A stretch of DNA of 64,000 bases from the NCBI GenBank assembly GCA_963765895.1, contig CAVXZB010000023.1:1-64000 (forward strand). Direction: 5' to 3'. Positions 1 through 10,861 of this stretch are shown here, in pieces (the first letter of the stretch is position 1; the number at the start of each line of letters is the position of its first letter). The notes beneath the pieces were generated by a model. The model did no database searches and was not told the origin of the DNA. It worked only from the letters and a program-made list of their open reading frames with translations. Source of the DNA: an uncultured Nitrososphaeraceae archaeon. GTDB taxonomy: Archaea; Thermoproteota; Nitrososphaeria; Nitrososphaerales; Nitrososphaeraceae. Both the position numbers and the translations under genes were made by a program.

Positions 1-97
1 GGTTCGGTGGGATTCGGACCCACGACATTTTAACCCAAATAAGTAACTAACTGACTGGTTAAGAGCCAGACGCTCTACCTGGCTGAGCTACGAACCC
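1..97 (-). tRNA. tRNA-Lys(CTT) with a 25-nt intron at 42/43 (window 30-54); 3' end cut by the window edge
   Basis: Reverse complement reads GGGTTCG-TA-GCTC..GAGC-G-TCTGG-CT-CTT-AA-CCAG|intron|A-ATGTC-GTGGG-TCCGAAT-CCCAC-CGAACC; BHB with central helix AACC/GGTT and bulges AGT and AAA. Confidence 0.9.
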
Positions 98-158
98 AAC
101 AGAAATCATGGGAAGGACAGAGATATTTAAACGAAACGAGGTGGTAGAAAATGGGGGG

Positions 159-756
159 TTAGAGTCGTGGAACGGCTTCTTCGGACTGCACTTCCTTTAA
201 CTAGTGCAACAATAGCATCAGATACTGAACAATTTCGTCTTTCCTTTTCTCTGAGAACCTTTCTGTATGCATCCAAAGTGATATAGACTGGAATCGAGCC
301 GGTTCCTTCCAACAAAGCTTTTACCCTGTATAACCCATTTTCTATTCCTCGTTCAGCAACCTTCTTCAATTTGACCTTGTCCATGAATCCACCCAAGGGG
401 CCCATAGGCATGTCATAGTTGACGGTAATACCAGTCAGGGATTTTTTCTCGGAAATCTCTTTAAACTCTACTGTAATTATCCAGCGCTTGAATGGACCTT
501 CAATCATTTTTGCGACAATCTTTTGATGTGGAATGTATTCAATTGTCTCACAATCCCACTCAAGTCTCTTGCCATCAAAATCTCCACTAATCCTAAAAAT
601 AGTTCCTACTCCAAAGCCGTTTTTAACCTCAATGGGTAGAATGTTCAAGCCCATATTCTCTGGGAATTGATCAGCCATATGCTCTGGCCTTGCAAAATAA
701 GTAAAAACTTCGCTTATAGGCGCGTTTATTTCCATGGTTTTATTTATAGTAGTCAT
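159..756 (-). CDS. SRPBCC/polyketide cyclase family protein with a short C-terminal RHH-like extension
   Basis: N-terminal 'INAPISEVFTYF' START-like motif; removing one A near 200 gives a clean end 'VKEVQSEEAVPRL*'. Confidence 0.75.
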
Positions 757-790
757 AATCTGTCCTATCATGATCGATTAGTTAAATTGG

Positions 791-803
791 ATTTAAAGGT
801 TTC
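791..803 (-). promoter_or_regulatory. BRE/TATA promoter of the SRPBCC gene
   Basis: Minus strand GAAACCTTTAAAT about 35 nt upstream of the ATG at 756. Confidence 0.5.
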
Positions 804-828
804 TTACGTATGGCTAGTCATCGATTAT

Positions 829-864
829 TTTATTTACTTTATTTACTTTATTTACTTTATTTAC
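829..864. repeat. Tandem repeat (TTTATTTAC)x4
   Basis: Four perfect 9-mers at 829, 838, 847 and 856. Confidence 0.95.
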
Positions 865-1059
865 AAATTCGAATTACCGTACTATTCTACATCCATATAC
901 GTCTAAAAAAGTTGTTATAGCCTTTGCCAATTCAGGTAGCTTCCCAACACCATTAATATTCTGCATTCATCATACCATTTTATTGTCCAGACATTATTGT
1001 TATTCAGACGGACAGACATCATTATCATCTAGAATCAAAGTTAAGCAAATTTCAGCAGG

Positions 1060-1642
1060 CTAGACTACTATTTCTCTGATAATCGATTTAGAAATCTCTA
1101 TCAATGAATCTAAACAAAGCAAATCAGTGTTTAATATAAAATCAAAAACCGATAAATCAGATCCAAACTCAAACCCATAGAGCTTCCGATATATCCCAGT
1201 ATTTTCTGATATCTCTTTCCTGAATGATTTTTACGGCTGTATTTACAGCAATATTGTCTCTGTTTGCCATTCTTTTGGCTCGATTACTAAGCGAACCCTT
1301 GAGCCAAAACTTTAATGATTGAGGCGCAAGCCAGGGTAGGGTGTAGGATGTTATTATAACATTACCATTTTTCACAAGGTCGACTAGCTTCTGATCCACC
1401 TCTTTATCAAATAATGGATTAGATCTTCGTTCAGACATGAACTTTTTGGCTTCACCAGTATCCCACCATTCATTACCTGAAGTTGTATACCCCTTTTCGT
1501 TGGCTAGCATCTTTAAAATATCGCCTCCATTATACAAGTTGAAATTAAATTCCTTTGCAAGCTCTTGTGCTATTGTGGTCTTGCCTACGGCAGGAAGACC
1601 GGCGATAACTATTCCCAAGTTTGTTCTTTTCTGGTTTTTCAA
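1060..1642 (-). CDS. cmk: Cytidylate kinase, archaeal type (frameshift near 1210)
   Basis: P-loop 'GLPAVGKTT'; continuation 'YRKLYGFEFGSDLSVFDFILNT' in another frame; downstream of adk-DUF106. Confidence 0.9.
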
Positions 1643-2271
1643 CTTCCGGTTATGCTTGGCATTCCGGTTTTGGTAACTTTGGAGATTATGCCGCTACACG
1701 CAAATGAGGTAATAAGAAACCATCCCCACAGAAACACTTCGCCAGGCACAAGACATGGCCCCTGGTGTTCGCCATTCTTTAAGAGATGATTATCTGTCTT
1801 GACGTTCTGATCGGTACACATTATCCAGGGTATGTGAATTGGTGATAGAGCTGTAGTCTGGCCAAAAATAGTCGGAAATACGATAATCCAGAGGAGAAAT
1901 GATGGAACCATATAAATTAACATTGGACGCATCTGCTCCTGTTGCATTTCCATACTCATTTTGTTTACATACGCTTGTTTTTTCTTTAGTTCTTCGATAC
2001 GAGGCTTGTCCTTTTTCTTTATCGCATCAGTATATTGTTTTCTCCATTCATTTGTTTCCTTCATAATTCTATTCATTTTGCCTATATCAGTAGTCTTTTT
2101 CCTCAGCATTGCAATTGCAAAGTTCAGCCCAATTGAGATCAAAGACGCAACAATTGCTGCAGAAAGCATATCGGGAAATATAGGATGCTTGGTATAATGT
2201 GGAGCAAGCCCAGGAAGTTGCATTATCAAATTATTAAAGTCAATATTCATGTACCTTTGGATCACACTCAT
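1639..2271 (-). CDS. DUF106 / EMC3-TMCO1 (Oxa1 superfamily) membrane protein
   Basis: TM, coiled coil, 'MRPMLIYMVP', 'WGWFLITSF'; conserved secY-adk-DUF106 synteny. Confidence 0.88.
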   Translation of the reverse strand: MSVIQRYMNIDFNNLIMQLPGLAPHYTKHPIFPDMLSAAIVASLISIGLNFAIAMLRKKTTDIGKMNRIMKETNEWRKQYTDAIKKKDKPRIEELKKKQAYVNKMSMEMQQEQMRPMLIYMVPSFLLWIIVFPTIFGQTTALSPIHIPWIMCTDQNVKTDNHLLKNGEHQGPCLVPGEVFLWGWFLITSFACSGIISKVTKTGMPSITGS

Positions 2272-2287
2272 CTAAATTTTTTTTTGA

Positions 2288-2899
2288 TTATCTACCTATC
2301 ATGCTGGCAATTGCCGAAGCGGCTTTATCGATCTCATTTTCCTTATTTATAATTATCATAAATGGCGAACCGCTTATAACCGAGCAGCACGATACAACTA
2401 TCCTCGAAATTTCTAATTCCGTCTCTATCTGCTTGACTGATGCAAGATCACGCTGTCTAGTCTTGTCGCTATTTCTTCTATTTACTATCTCTTGTGCGTC
2501 AGCAGCGATCATTACAAAATGTGTGGGTCCTAGTGCGTTAATTAGATGCATTGGAAGTCCAGGGTAGAAACCTTCCGCGGTCTTTATAAAAAGATGGGTA
2601 TCTATTAGTAATACATCGGCCTGCATGCCACGAATTTTTTGAGCAGCCATCTCTTGTAAGGACTTCTGTTGACTTATCGATAAATTACGAAGGTCATCTC
2701 GGTTTGTGATGCCTAATTTTTTAGATTCTTCAAACATCAATGTACCAAATACTACGATCTCAGTATTCTGGTTTGCTTGACGTAAGAGTTCTGCGGCCCT
2801 AGATATTACACTAGTTTTACCTATTCCTGGAATACCGACGACCACAATGCGCTTTTTAGGTGATGCGTCAGGATATCCATTATTTTTATTTTCTACCAA
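2288..2899 (-). CDS. adkA: Adenylate kinase, archaeal type
   Basis: 'GIPGIGKTS', 'RDDLR', 'IDTH', 'GFYPGLP'. Confidence 0.93.
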   Translation of the reverse strand: MVENKNNGYPDASPKKRIVVVGIPGIGKTSVISRAAELLRQANQNTEIVVFGTLMFEESKKLGITNRDDLRNLSISQQKSLQEMAAQKIRGMQADVLLIDTHLFIKTAEGFYPGLPMHLINALGPTHFVMIAADAQEIVNRRNSDKTRQRDLASVKQIETELEISRIVVSCCSVISGSPFMIIINKENEIDKAASAIASMIGR

Positions 2900-4324
2900 G
2901 AAGCGCCGCCAATTTAGGCATGTGAACGTCTACCTGCTCCTTGATCAGCAAGTTATAGTAGTTTACGAGTATATCGACCATTAGCAGGATCCCAATTCCA
3001 GAGCCAAAGACGTTTAAGCACATTGGACGCAGACGCAAGCAAGCCAATAACAATTCCACCCACTATTGTCACCGATGGGATATACTTGGCAAGTAAGACT
3101 TCTACTGAGCTTTCTGACCTCCTGAACCCAGGCACCTGAACATCGGCATCAAGCAAGTTTTTAGCGGCAGACTTTGGTGAGAGTCCTCCTAATTCTACCC
3201 ATAGCTTACCAAAAAGCGTTACAATTGTAGTCATAAACAGGATATACACAACTGCTCTTAGTGGGTCCTGGGAAGCCGTATCAAGACTATTTGGTGAAGT
3301 CACATAATATAATAATCCACCTGTCGGACTCCGAGGGTTGGACGGATCGTACTGTGCTATATAGTTAAAGACTGCATTATCGTTTTGAGGATTATAATTG
3401 GCCCAGAGCATCTGACCCATAAATACCGCGTTAGCAAGCAGCGCAGAAGAAAGTATTACTGGAATATTGGAAGTATAGAGCAGCTTTATGGGATACACTG
3501 CAGTAAATCCCCTATATTTTGTCGATACAATTGGTATATCTATATGAATACCCTGGACATAGACCAGTATCAATAATACCAGCGCTGTAACAATCAATCC
3601 AAATATGCTTGGCAGCTGGCCAGATCTAAAGAATGCGTCTCCAAAGTGTCCATGAGCTATAGAGTCGATAGTAAAGGGAATAACCCCTACAGGTCCGTCC
3701 TGAGCAGGTACCGGGCTAAAGATTGACCAAAGGATACCCTGGGCGACTCCAGCCATAATAAAGAGACTGATTCCCGAACCTAGTCCCCATCCTTTCTGAA
3801 CAAGTTCGTCGAGCAGCATGACGATCAGACTAGCACTAACAAGTTGGGTCACCACAATCGCAATATACTCTGGCCTCGCTACCAAATGTCCGTAGACGCT
3901 AGTACCATACAGTGAACCTTCTGCAACAATGACAACTATCGTAACTATTTTAGTAGCAGACGTAAATAGCGACCGATCATCAGCATTTTTAAAGTTTAGT
4001 TTAATCAGCTCCGAGCCCTTCAAAAGCTGCCATCAACAATCCAGCCGTGACAATAGGACCTATACCGAGTTCTAGTAGTGTTCCTTGTTGTGCAGCAAAA
4101 ATAACTCTAGCAAAGGCCAGAAAATCAAATTTTGGGTCATTTGTAACACCGTAAAGCGGTATCTGCCCCATTATCAGATAAGCAAAAAGAGCAATTCCAC
4201 TCCAAACGAACTTTTCGTTTAATGTTATTTTTTTCTTGGGTTTTTCTACCTGCGGTATATAACGAGATATAGCCTTTATTATACGTCTAAATGTACTCTC
4301 GTCACTTTGCATTGTATTTTTCAT
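2886..4324 (-). CDS. secY: Preprotein translocase SecY (frameshifts near 4030 and 3015)
   Basis: 'LLELGIGPIVTAG', 'KGWGLGSGISLFI', 'YTSNIPVIL'; C-terminus 'GSGIGILLMVDI' in a third frame. Confidence 0.96.
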
Positions 4325-4749
4325 TTGATAACTACTACCTCCCCACCTGATTCTTCTACCTTTTCTCTAGCTTTTTCAGATATTCGATTAATCCTTACCT
4401 CAAACTTGCTACTGACTTGACCCCCACCTAATAATTTATCATAGCCCAAAGAATTCAGATCTAAAATATATTGACCCTTTGAATTTTTCTTGCTTTCGTC
4501 TTCCTGAATCAATGAATCGAGATCTCGTACGTTGATCCAGTGGCTCACAACATTCCGGTTATGCGAATTAGTACTAGCATGACCAAAGCGATCCGGTTCT
4601 TCAATTACAGTTCTTATCCAGAGGTGCTTATGCTTACCTGCATTACCCACACCGCCGCGGCTACCTGAATCTCTATGTTGACCAATCTGGCCCCAACCAC
4701 AGTATCGGCTGCCTCTGTATCTCCTACTTTTTCTAAATCTAGTCGCCAT
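4321..4749 (-). CDS. rpl15: 50S ribosomal protein uL15
   Basis: 'RGSRYCGWG', 'GSRGGVGNAG', 'KLLGGG'. Confidence 0.95.
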   Translation of the reverse strand: MATRFRKSRRYRGSRYCGWGQIGQHRDSGSRGGVGNAGKHKHLWIRTVIEEPDRFGHASTNSHNRNVVSHWINVRDLDSLIQEDESKKNSKGQYILDLNSLGYDKLLGGGQVSSKFEVRINRISEKAREKVEESGGEVVVIK

Positions 4750-4831
4750 GATCTTTTCTACAATCTCCTATTACAAACAGGAATGTGTTCTACATTCAAT
4801 CTATTCACCTTAATTAACGTTTTCTGACTGT

Positions 4832-5287
4832 TCAAATCATCCTTTGAACAAGGCTAATCAAGTCTTTGTCCTCTCCAAGTATCCCATCCTGAGTATACTG
4901 TTTTTTGGTACTTTTTTTAAATCCGCCTCGAGGAGGGCTTAGAGCAAACCAAGGCCTAAAGTTAACTTTCGAGATTCCAATTTTGTCCTCCGCTAGGTCT
5001 TTTGCTAAAGCCTCCAAATTTGTATAGTTTTCTGGTAGATCCTCCTTGTCGATTGGCTTGTTGCCTCTTCCCCTACCCCTTTTGGACAAGAGATCCAATA
5101 CCGTCTCCGTATCAGCAGAACACCAGGCTACAATTTCCTTGACTTTCCTTAACATGCCAAGAGTCTGCTTTGTTTCTGGGACAATCGTAGCATTGAATTT
5201 TTTTCCCAAGTTAAGGTACTGGAGTGTTGAATTTGCCCAGTATGGAATATTAACTGTGCCTTTGATTCTGACAACTAAATAGGCCAT
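4832..5287 (-). CDS. rpl30: 50S ribosomal protein uL30
   Basis: 'LVVRIKG', 'GMLRKVK', 'FALSPPRGGFK'. Confidence 0.95.
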   Translation of the reverse strand: MAYLVVRIKGTVNIPYWANSTLQYLNLGKKFNATIVPETKQTLGMLRKVKEIVAWCSADTETVLDLLSKRGRGRGNKPIDKEDLPENYTNLEALAKDLAEDKIGISKVNFRPWFALSPPRGGFKKSTKKQYTQDGILGEDKDLISLVQRMI

Positions 5288-5293
5288 TACAAA

Positions 5294-5927
5294 TCAACCC
5301 GTAACATAAGTGCTCCTAAGAGCAGAAAAAATTGCCTTTGACGTAGACGACATGGTGCTAGTTGAGCCAAAAGACTTTGTCCAAGTATCTTTCAATCCAG
5401 CCAGTTTGAGCAAGTTTTTAATATTTTCACCTGCTACCAAACCAAGACCTCTAGGACCTGGAATAAGTTCTATTGTCACACTACCACCTCTTCCTCGCAC
5501 CTTGAATGGAACAGAGTGAAACTGTGCACATCTACATTCCCAGCTGCCGCATCCCAATTTTACTGGAATTACATTAAGATATGCAGCATTGGTTGCTTTA
5601 TCAATTGCAATACGCATCTGTGAAGCCTTACCCTTACCTATGCCAAACCAGCCTGCCTCATTTCCTACTGCAACAAGGGCATTAAACCTGGTCATTTCCC
5701 CAGCATCAGTCTGTTTTTGAACTATGCCTACGTGGATAACCTGACTTTTTATGTCAGGAAGTAGATGACGAACGATCTCAGATTCTTGGATCCTCATTCC
5801 ATTTTCATAGACCTCGTCCATTGATTTGATCTTGCCTGTTGAAACTAAGAGTCCAAGGCTTGTACGGGGTTTCCATTCTGCTTGGGGGCGCTTGTTGTCT
5901 GCTCTGGGAATATTGTCTACTCACCAT
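5294..5927 (-). CDS. rps5: 30S ribosomal protein uS5 (N-terminal frameshift near 5883)
   Basis: 'WKPRTSLG', 'VQKQTDAGE', 'GCGSWEC', 'PRGLGLVAG'. Confidence 0.95.
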
Positions 5928-6610
5928 TATTCACCTTTCTTAGATCCTGGCTTTACCTTAGATCCTGTTTGACTTGACTCAGCATTTTGGGATTTAGAAT
6001 TGTGGACAGTAGATTTTGATCCTTCTCTAGAAGTACTGGCGTTGGAGGACAGTTCCATTAGAACATTTTTTACCTTTTGTACATGAGCAGGATAATCTTC
6101 AGGGTTAAGACCGTTCTTTAACAATAGCGAAAATCTCGACTCATATTTTGATTTATCTTGTTGAAGTAGCTTTGCATAATCTGCGATATGATTGCCTTCT
6201 AAACGATCCTGCTCGGGAAAGGAATCTTCTGATGCTGGCACATGCACCCCTGCATCAACTATCCCCTTTAGACAGGCGGCAACTCGACTTGTAAAAGGAT
6301 TCAATCCAGTATATAGGACACCGCTGTCAAAATTCTTCTCTAGGCATTTCTTACCTAACAGAATTCCAGTTAAATAGCATGCAGGTAGACTATTTAGCGA
6401 GCCGCTCCACCCCTGTTTAACCAGTTCTCTACTATGAGCAGTGGCTAAAACCTTGTCTCCCTTGATATCTGGATCCAGCAACCTCGTTAGAACGTTCTGA
6501 TTTGTGACTTTAATCGTGATGAAATGATGTCGACCAATGAGTATTGCGGCCCTCTTCCTATAATTAGTCTTATGTTGCCTAATCCTTTTTATGGTATGAA
6601 TATAACGCAT
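5927..6610 (-). CDS. rpl18: 50S ribosomal protein uL18 with Ser/Lys-rich C-terminal tail
   Basis: 'KTNYRKR', 'SLPACYLTG', 'KGIVDAG'. Confidence 0.95.
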   Translation of the reverse strand: MRYIHTIKRIRQHKTNYRKRAAILIGRHHFITIKVTNQNVLTRLLDPDIKGDKVLATAHSRELVKQGWSGSLNSLPACYLTGILLGKKCLEKNFDSGVLYTGLNPFTSRVAACLKGIVDAGVHVPASEDSFPEQDRLEGNHIADYAKLLQQDKSKYESRFSLLLKNGLNPEDYPAHVQKVKNVLMELSSNASTSREGSKSTVHNSKSQNAESSQTGSKVKPGSKKGE

Positions 6611-6680
6611 TTTAACGATTCTCCGTCATTTCAAAGATTATGACCCAAACCATCCAAAGCACTTATAAACGTTTGAACAT

Positions 6681-7518
6681 TCAAAAACGTTTGCTTTCCA
6701 TAGGTTGCAATGCCTGTCTAAGGACGGTAAAATCAGCTCTTTTGGTATACATGCGTTTTGCGATCAATGCTGCAAAAGCACCTGCTCCAATGCCGTTATC
6801 AATATTTACGACAACTAATCCAAATGTACAGCTTTGAAGCATAGATGCAAGAGCTCGCTATTCCTGCCGATCCAAATCCGTAACCTACCGATGTTGGTAC
6901 GCCTATCACAGGAAGGTTTACCATTGAAGAAACCACTGAAGCAAGAGCGCCCTCCATTCCGGCAACTACCACTATAGCCTCTACATCTTGCTCAACCATC
7001 TGTCGCAGTGCAGGAAAAAGTCTATGCAGGCCGGCGATTCCTACGTCGTAGGATATCATAGAATCACAATCCATAGATTTAGCAACGAGTCTAGACTCTT
7101 CTGCAACTCCAATATCGGAGGTTCCTGCACAGATTATCCCTATCTTTGGCATTCCCTTGGTTATGGTAAAAGATTTACGGGAGACTAAAATGGTGGAGCT
7201 AAATTTACCAACTTCTACCTTAAGATCTTTCTTCCTTAACAGAGAAACAAGTTTTGGTAGATCGGCCTTCTGAATTCTGCTCACAACAACAGAATCGTTG
7301 CGCCTGATTATAGCGTTTACAATCTTGATAATCTCACTCTGTGATTTATACTCCCCGAAAACCACCTCAGGAATACCCTTTCTAATTTCGCGTGCGGTGT
7401 CAAGTTGAGCAATATTACCGGCTGCAAACTCAATGGAATGGACAGAAATTTTTTTCTCAACTTCGTCGATACTAAGTCGACCTTTTGCAAATTCCTGCAA
7501 GATCGTCCGAATATTCAT
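6681..7518 (-). CDS. larB: NPN cofactor biosynthesis carboxylase/hydrolase LarB (frameshift at 6856)
   Basis: 'PEVVFG', 'AGTSD', 'DVGIAGLHRL', 'VAGMEGAL', 'PTSVGYG', then 'VVNIDNGIGA' after the shift. Confidence 0.93.
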
Positions 7519-7558
7519 TAGCTGATAGAGATTACTAAAAAATGAACAAATAAAAGTA

Positions 7559-8473
7559 TTACAATATAAGTGTGCTTAATGCTTCCTTTACACTACCGAC
7601 TCCCTTTGAAAAGATTGCCTGCTCAGAGTTATCTAGTGGTAGTTCAATGATTTTTTCCACTCCTTGAGAACCGATTATAGCAGGAACACCAATGCACACG
7701 TTCTCGGCTCCATATTCTCCTTCTAGCAATGTAGAGACTGGTATAATTGATCTCTTGTTTTTTATCACAGATTCGATCATAGTTGCAACAGCATTTCCTG
7801 GCGCATGCGTCGTCGCTCCTTTCAGAGATATCACTTGTGCTGCAACGCCCTTTGTATTTTCAAAGATCTCAGTTACTTGTTGTTCCGTAACAAATTTGTT
7901 CAGAGGAATACCGCTCAAAGTCGAGTATCTAGTCAGGGGAAGCATATTTTCGCCATGTTCACTTATTACCATTGCCTGAATTGAGTCATTTGATATTTTT
8001 GTTGCCTCATGAATGAAATACTTAAATCTAGACAAGTCTAACATTCCACCCATTCCCATAACCCTGTTCTTAGTAGCTCCGGTGACCTTCAATAGAAGAT
8101 AGGTGAGTGGATCCAAGGGATTAGTTACCATAATCGAAATTGTATTTGCTGCATAACTCTTGACTTTGCTCGAAACATCCTTTATGATATCCGCGTTTGT
8201 CTTTAAAAGATCCATTCTTGTCATGCCTGGTTTTCTGCCAACGCCTGCCACTACTACCACAAAGTCAGAACCATTCATGTCTTCATAATTATTTGATCCT
8301 GACACTTTACAGTCTATCCCTCTTTCCGATAGCTGATTATTAATATCTAAGGCCTCACCCTGAGGAAGACCTTTAACGATATCAAGTAAAAGAACATCAT
8401 CCAATTCTCTCAAAGCACAATTTAACGCCACTGAGGCTCCTACTTTGCCTGATCCTATAATAGTAATTGTCAT
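7559..8473 (-). CDS. mdh: Malate dehydrogenase (LDH-like)
   Basis: 'IIGSGKVG', '[10 protein letters not shown]', 'TNPLD', 'EHGE'. Confidence 0.93.
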   Translation of the reverse strand: MTITIIGSGKVGASVALNCALRELDDVLLLDIVKGLPQGEALDINNQLSERGIDCKVSGSNNYEDMNGSDFVVVVAGVGRKPGMTRMDLLKTNADIIKDVSSKVKSYAANTISIMVTNPLDPLTYLLLKVTGATKNRVMGMGGMLDLSRFKYFIHEATKISNDSIQAMVISEHGENMLPLTRYSTLSGIPLNKFVTEQQVTEIFENTKGVAAQVISLKGATTHAPGNAVATMIESVIKNKRSIIPVSTLLEGEYGAENVCIGVPAIIGSQGVEKIIELPLDNSEQAIFSKGVGSVKEALSTLIL

Positions 8474-8774
8474 TAAAAAGTTGACAATCATCAAATATTT
8501 ATAAATCTTCAATATTGGTTTCGACTGGTAGGCCGGTGGATTCTAAGACTAACTTTATTACTAATCTAATTTTTAGTGGCTAGAGAAATATCGACTAAAC
8601 CTTGGCGTATCTCCTAAAAGTATATTTGCGATAATATGTCTCCTGTAGGTCTATTGGGTCACCTTCTGCGAAGGATCATTTTTTGTCATATCATGTGAGG
8701 TAATGTTATGTTGTGTCTTTTAGGTAGCCCCAAGTAATATATTGATAAAAAGATTAGTCTAATTTTGTCACGCT

Positions 8775-10023
8775 ATGAGAGACATTGCAGTAATTGATTG
8801 TCAAATTAGTGGTATCTCTGGAGACATGTTACTCTCTGCCCTCGTCCACGCGGGGGCACAGGAAAAAAAGATCCTGCAAGCTGCTTTTGCCTGTCAGGAC
8901 TTTCTTAGCGGCAGTAAAATTATATCTGCCAATTTCAAAAAAAAAGCCTTCAACGGATTTAATGCCACAAGGTTCGAGGTTCAATATGATGAAAATAAAG
9001 GAATAAGGAAGGGAATGGATATGTATAGGTCATTGGCGTCTTGCTGTGACTCTCTGAATCTAGATTCAACCGCAAAGTCATTCGCGCTGGAATCCTTCAA
9101 GTCTATACTTTTGGCAGAGGCCGAAGTACATGGCAGCAGTATTACCAACGTGAATTTGCATGAAACCTCTAGCATAGATACATTTGTGGATCTGGTTGGT
9201 TGCGCCACTGCATTGCAGGACCTTAGCTTGTTTGGTTTTAGAATAATATCTACAAAGGTCGCGGTGGGAGGCGGCACGGTAAAATTTTCGCACGGTACAG
9301 GTACCTAATCCCAGTAATGCGGTATTGCAGATCTTTAAGGGCAAACCCTTCGTGTTAACTTCCGGTCAGGCTGATGAAGAAATAACTACGCCAACCGGCG
9401 CCGCAATGCTCACAAACCTCGCAGCCGGAAGCGTTGGTCGTTATCCTGACATTATTCCAGATAGAATCGGGTACGGAGCCGGCACAAAGGCATTGAAACA
9501 GGTTCCAAACATCCTAAGATTGTTATTGGGCAAATCCTATCTTGCTAATGAAATCAGCACAGACTCGGTATCAGTGATAGAAACAAATATCGACGACGTC
9601 TCTGGAGAGATCATAGGCAATCTTATCGATCGTCTAGCCGAATACAGTGTCAAAGATGTCACAATAGTGCAGGGGCTTTCAAAGAAAAATAGGCCCAATT
9701 ACATTGTCAAAGTCATATGTGATCATACACAGCTAAATTCGGTGTTAGAACTCATATTTAGAGAAACAGGTACTATGGGCATTCGGGTTCAAGAACAAAT
9801 GCGGTTTGTTCTTCCTAGAAGTATTATTACCGTTCCTATAATCATTGGTGACAATAATTATAGTGTGCAAGTAAAGGTTGCCAAGGATGCTCATAATACT
9901 ATCATAAGCGCAAAAGCTGAATACGGGGATATTAAATTAATATCTTCAAGACTTAGGCTTCCGCTGAGGGTTGTTATGGAGCAGGTCAATTCACAGATCG
10001 CAAGTAAAATTCGAATAGGATAA
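8775..10023 (+). CDS. larC: Nickel insertase LarC (frameshift near 9300)
   Basis: 'SGISGDMLL', 'AEAEVHG', 'LHE', 'TPTGAA', 'IGYGAG', 'ETNIDD', 'ETGTMGIR', 'KAEYGD'. Confidence 0.93.
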
Positions 10024-10030
10024 CTTCAAA

Positions 10031-10840
10031 TTGAGTTCAACTACTGATTTGGACAGACTTGTGGCTTGGTTTGTACAACACGGTACTCGGGCTATCGTCG
10101 CACTCTCTGGTGGTGTTGATAGTGCAGTTGTTGCCCTTGCAGCGAAAATTGCCTTGAATGATCAGGCTATTGCTATTACGGCAAACTACAAGACACTAGC
10201 CAGGGCTGAGCTAGAGTCGGCAAAGTCTATAGCAAATGAAATTGGTATAGACCATAGGATAATCGAATATAATGAGCTAGACAATCCTCTTTTCAGGAAA
10301 AATGATGAAATGAGGTGTTATCACTGTCGCAGTGAACTAGCTAAGAAGCTAGTTTCATATGGACAACAAGTGGGAATAGAACTTATTACAGATGGAACAC
10401 AGGTGGATGACGCAAATGATATCAGGCCAGGTATAAAGGCAATTACCGAAAACGGGATCAAAAGTCCATTGGTAGAAGTAGGGCTAGATAAATCAAGAAT
10501 CCGGGTAATCGCAAAGGTTCATGGGTTATCCGTCTTTGATCGTCCATCTAATTCCTGCCTCGCATCCAGGTTACCCCAAGGCGTAGAAGTTACTGCTGAA
10601 AAACTAGCTACGATTGAAAAGGCGGAAGAATTGGTAAAGATGATGTTTGGCATAAGGCAAGTTAGAGTTAGGGATCACGGTGAGATCGCTAGAATTGAAG
10701 TCGGTGCAGATGAGCTTCCTAAATTATTCGAGCCAAGCAAGCTTGCAAGGCTCGATCTTAAACTGAGGATGCTAGGTTTCAGATATGTCTGCATCGACAC
10801 TCGAGGCTACCGCACAGGAAATCTTGTTATAGTAGAGTGA
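10031..10840 (+). CDS. larE: ATP-dependent sulfur insertase LarE, CxxC-C type
   Basis: PP-loop 'SGGVDS', 'RCYHCR', 'RPG', 'SCLASR', 'VRVRDH'. Confidence 0.93.
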   Translation: MSSTTDLDRLVAWFVQHGTRAIVALSGGVDSAVVALAAKIALNDQAIAITANYKTLARAELESAKSIANEIGIDHRIIEYNELDNPLFRKNDEMRCYHCRSELAKKLVSYGQQVGIELITDGTQVDDANDIRPGIKAITENGIKSPLVEVGLDKSRIRVIAKVHGLSVFDRPSNSCLASRLPQGVEVTAEKLATIEKAEELVKMMFGIRQVRVRDHGEIARIEVGADELPKLFEPSKLARLDLKLRMLGFRYVCIDTRGYRTGNLVIVE

Positions 10841-10861
10841 TAATTATCGTAAGTCGATAGT

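Noticed and set aside
667-906. 79-aa ORF with FIY repeats
   Set aside because: It is the translation of the 9-bp tandem repeat and overlaps the SRPBCC gene antisense
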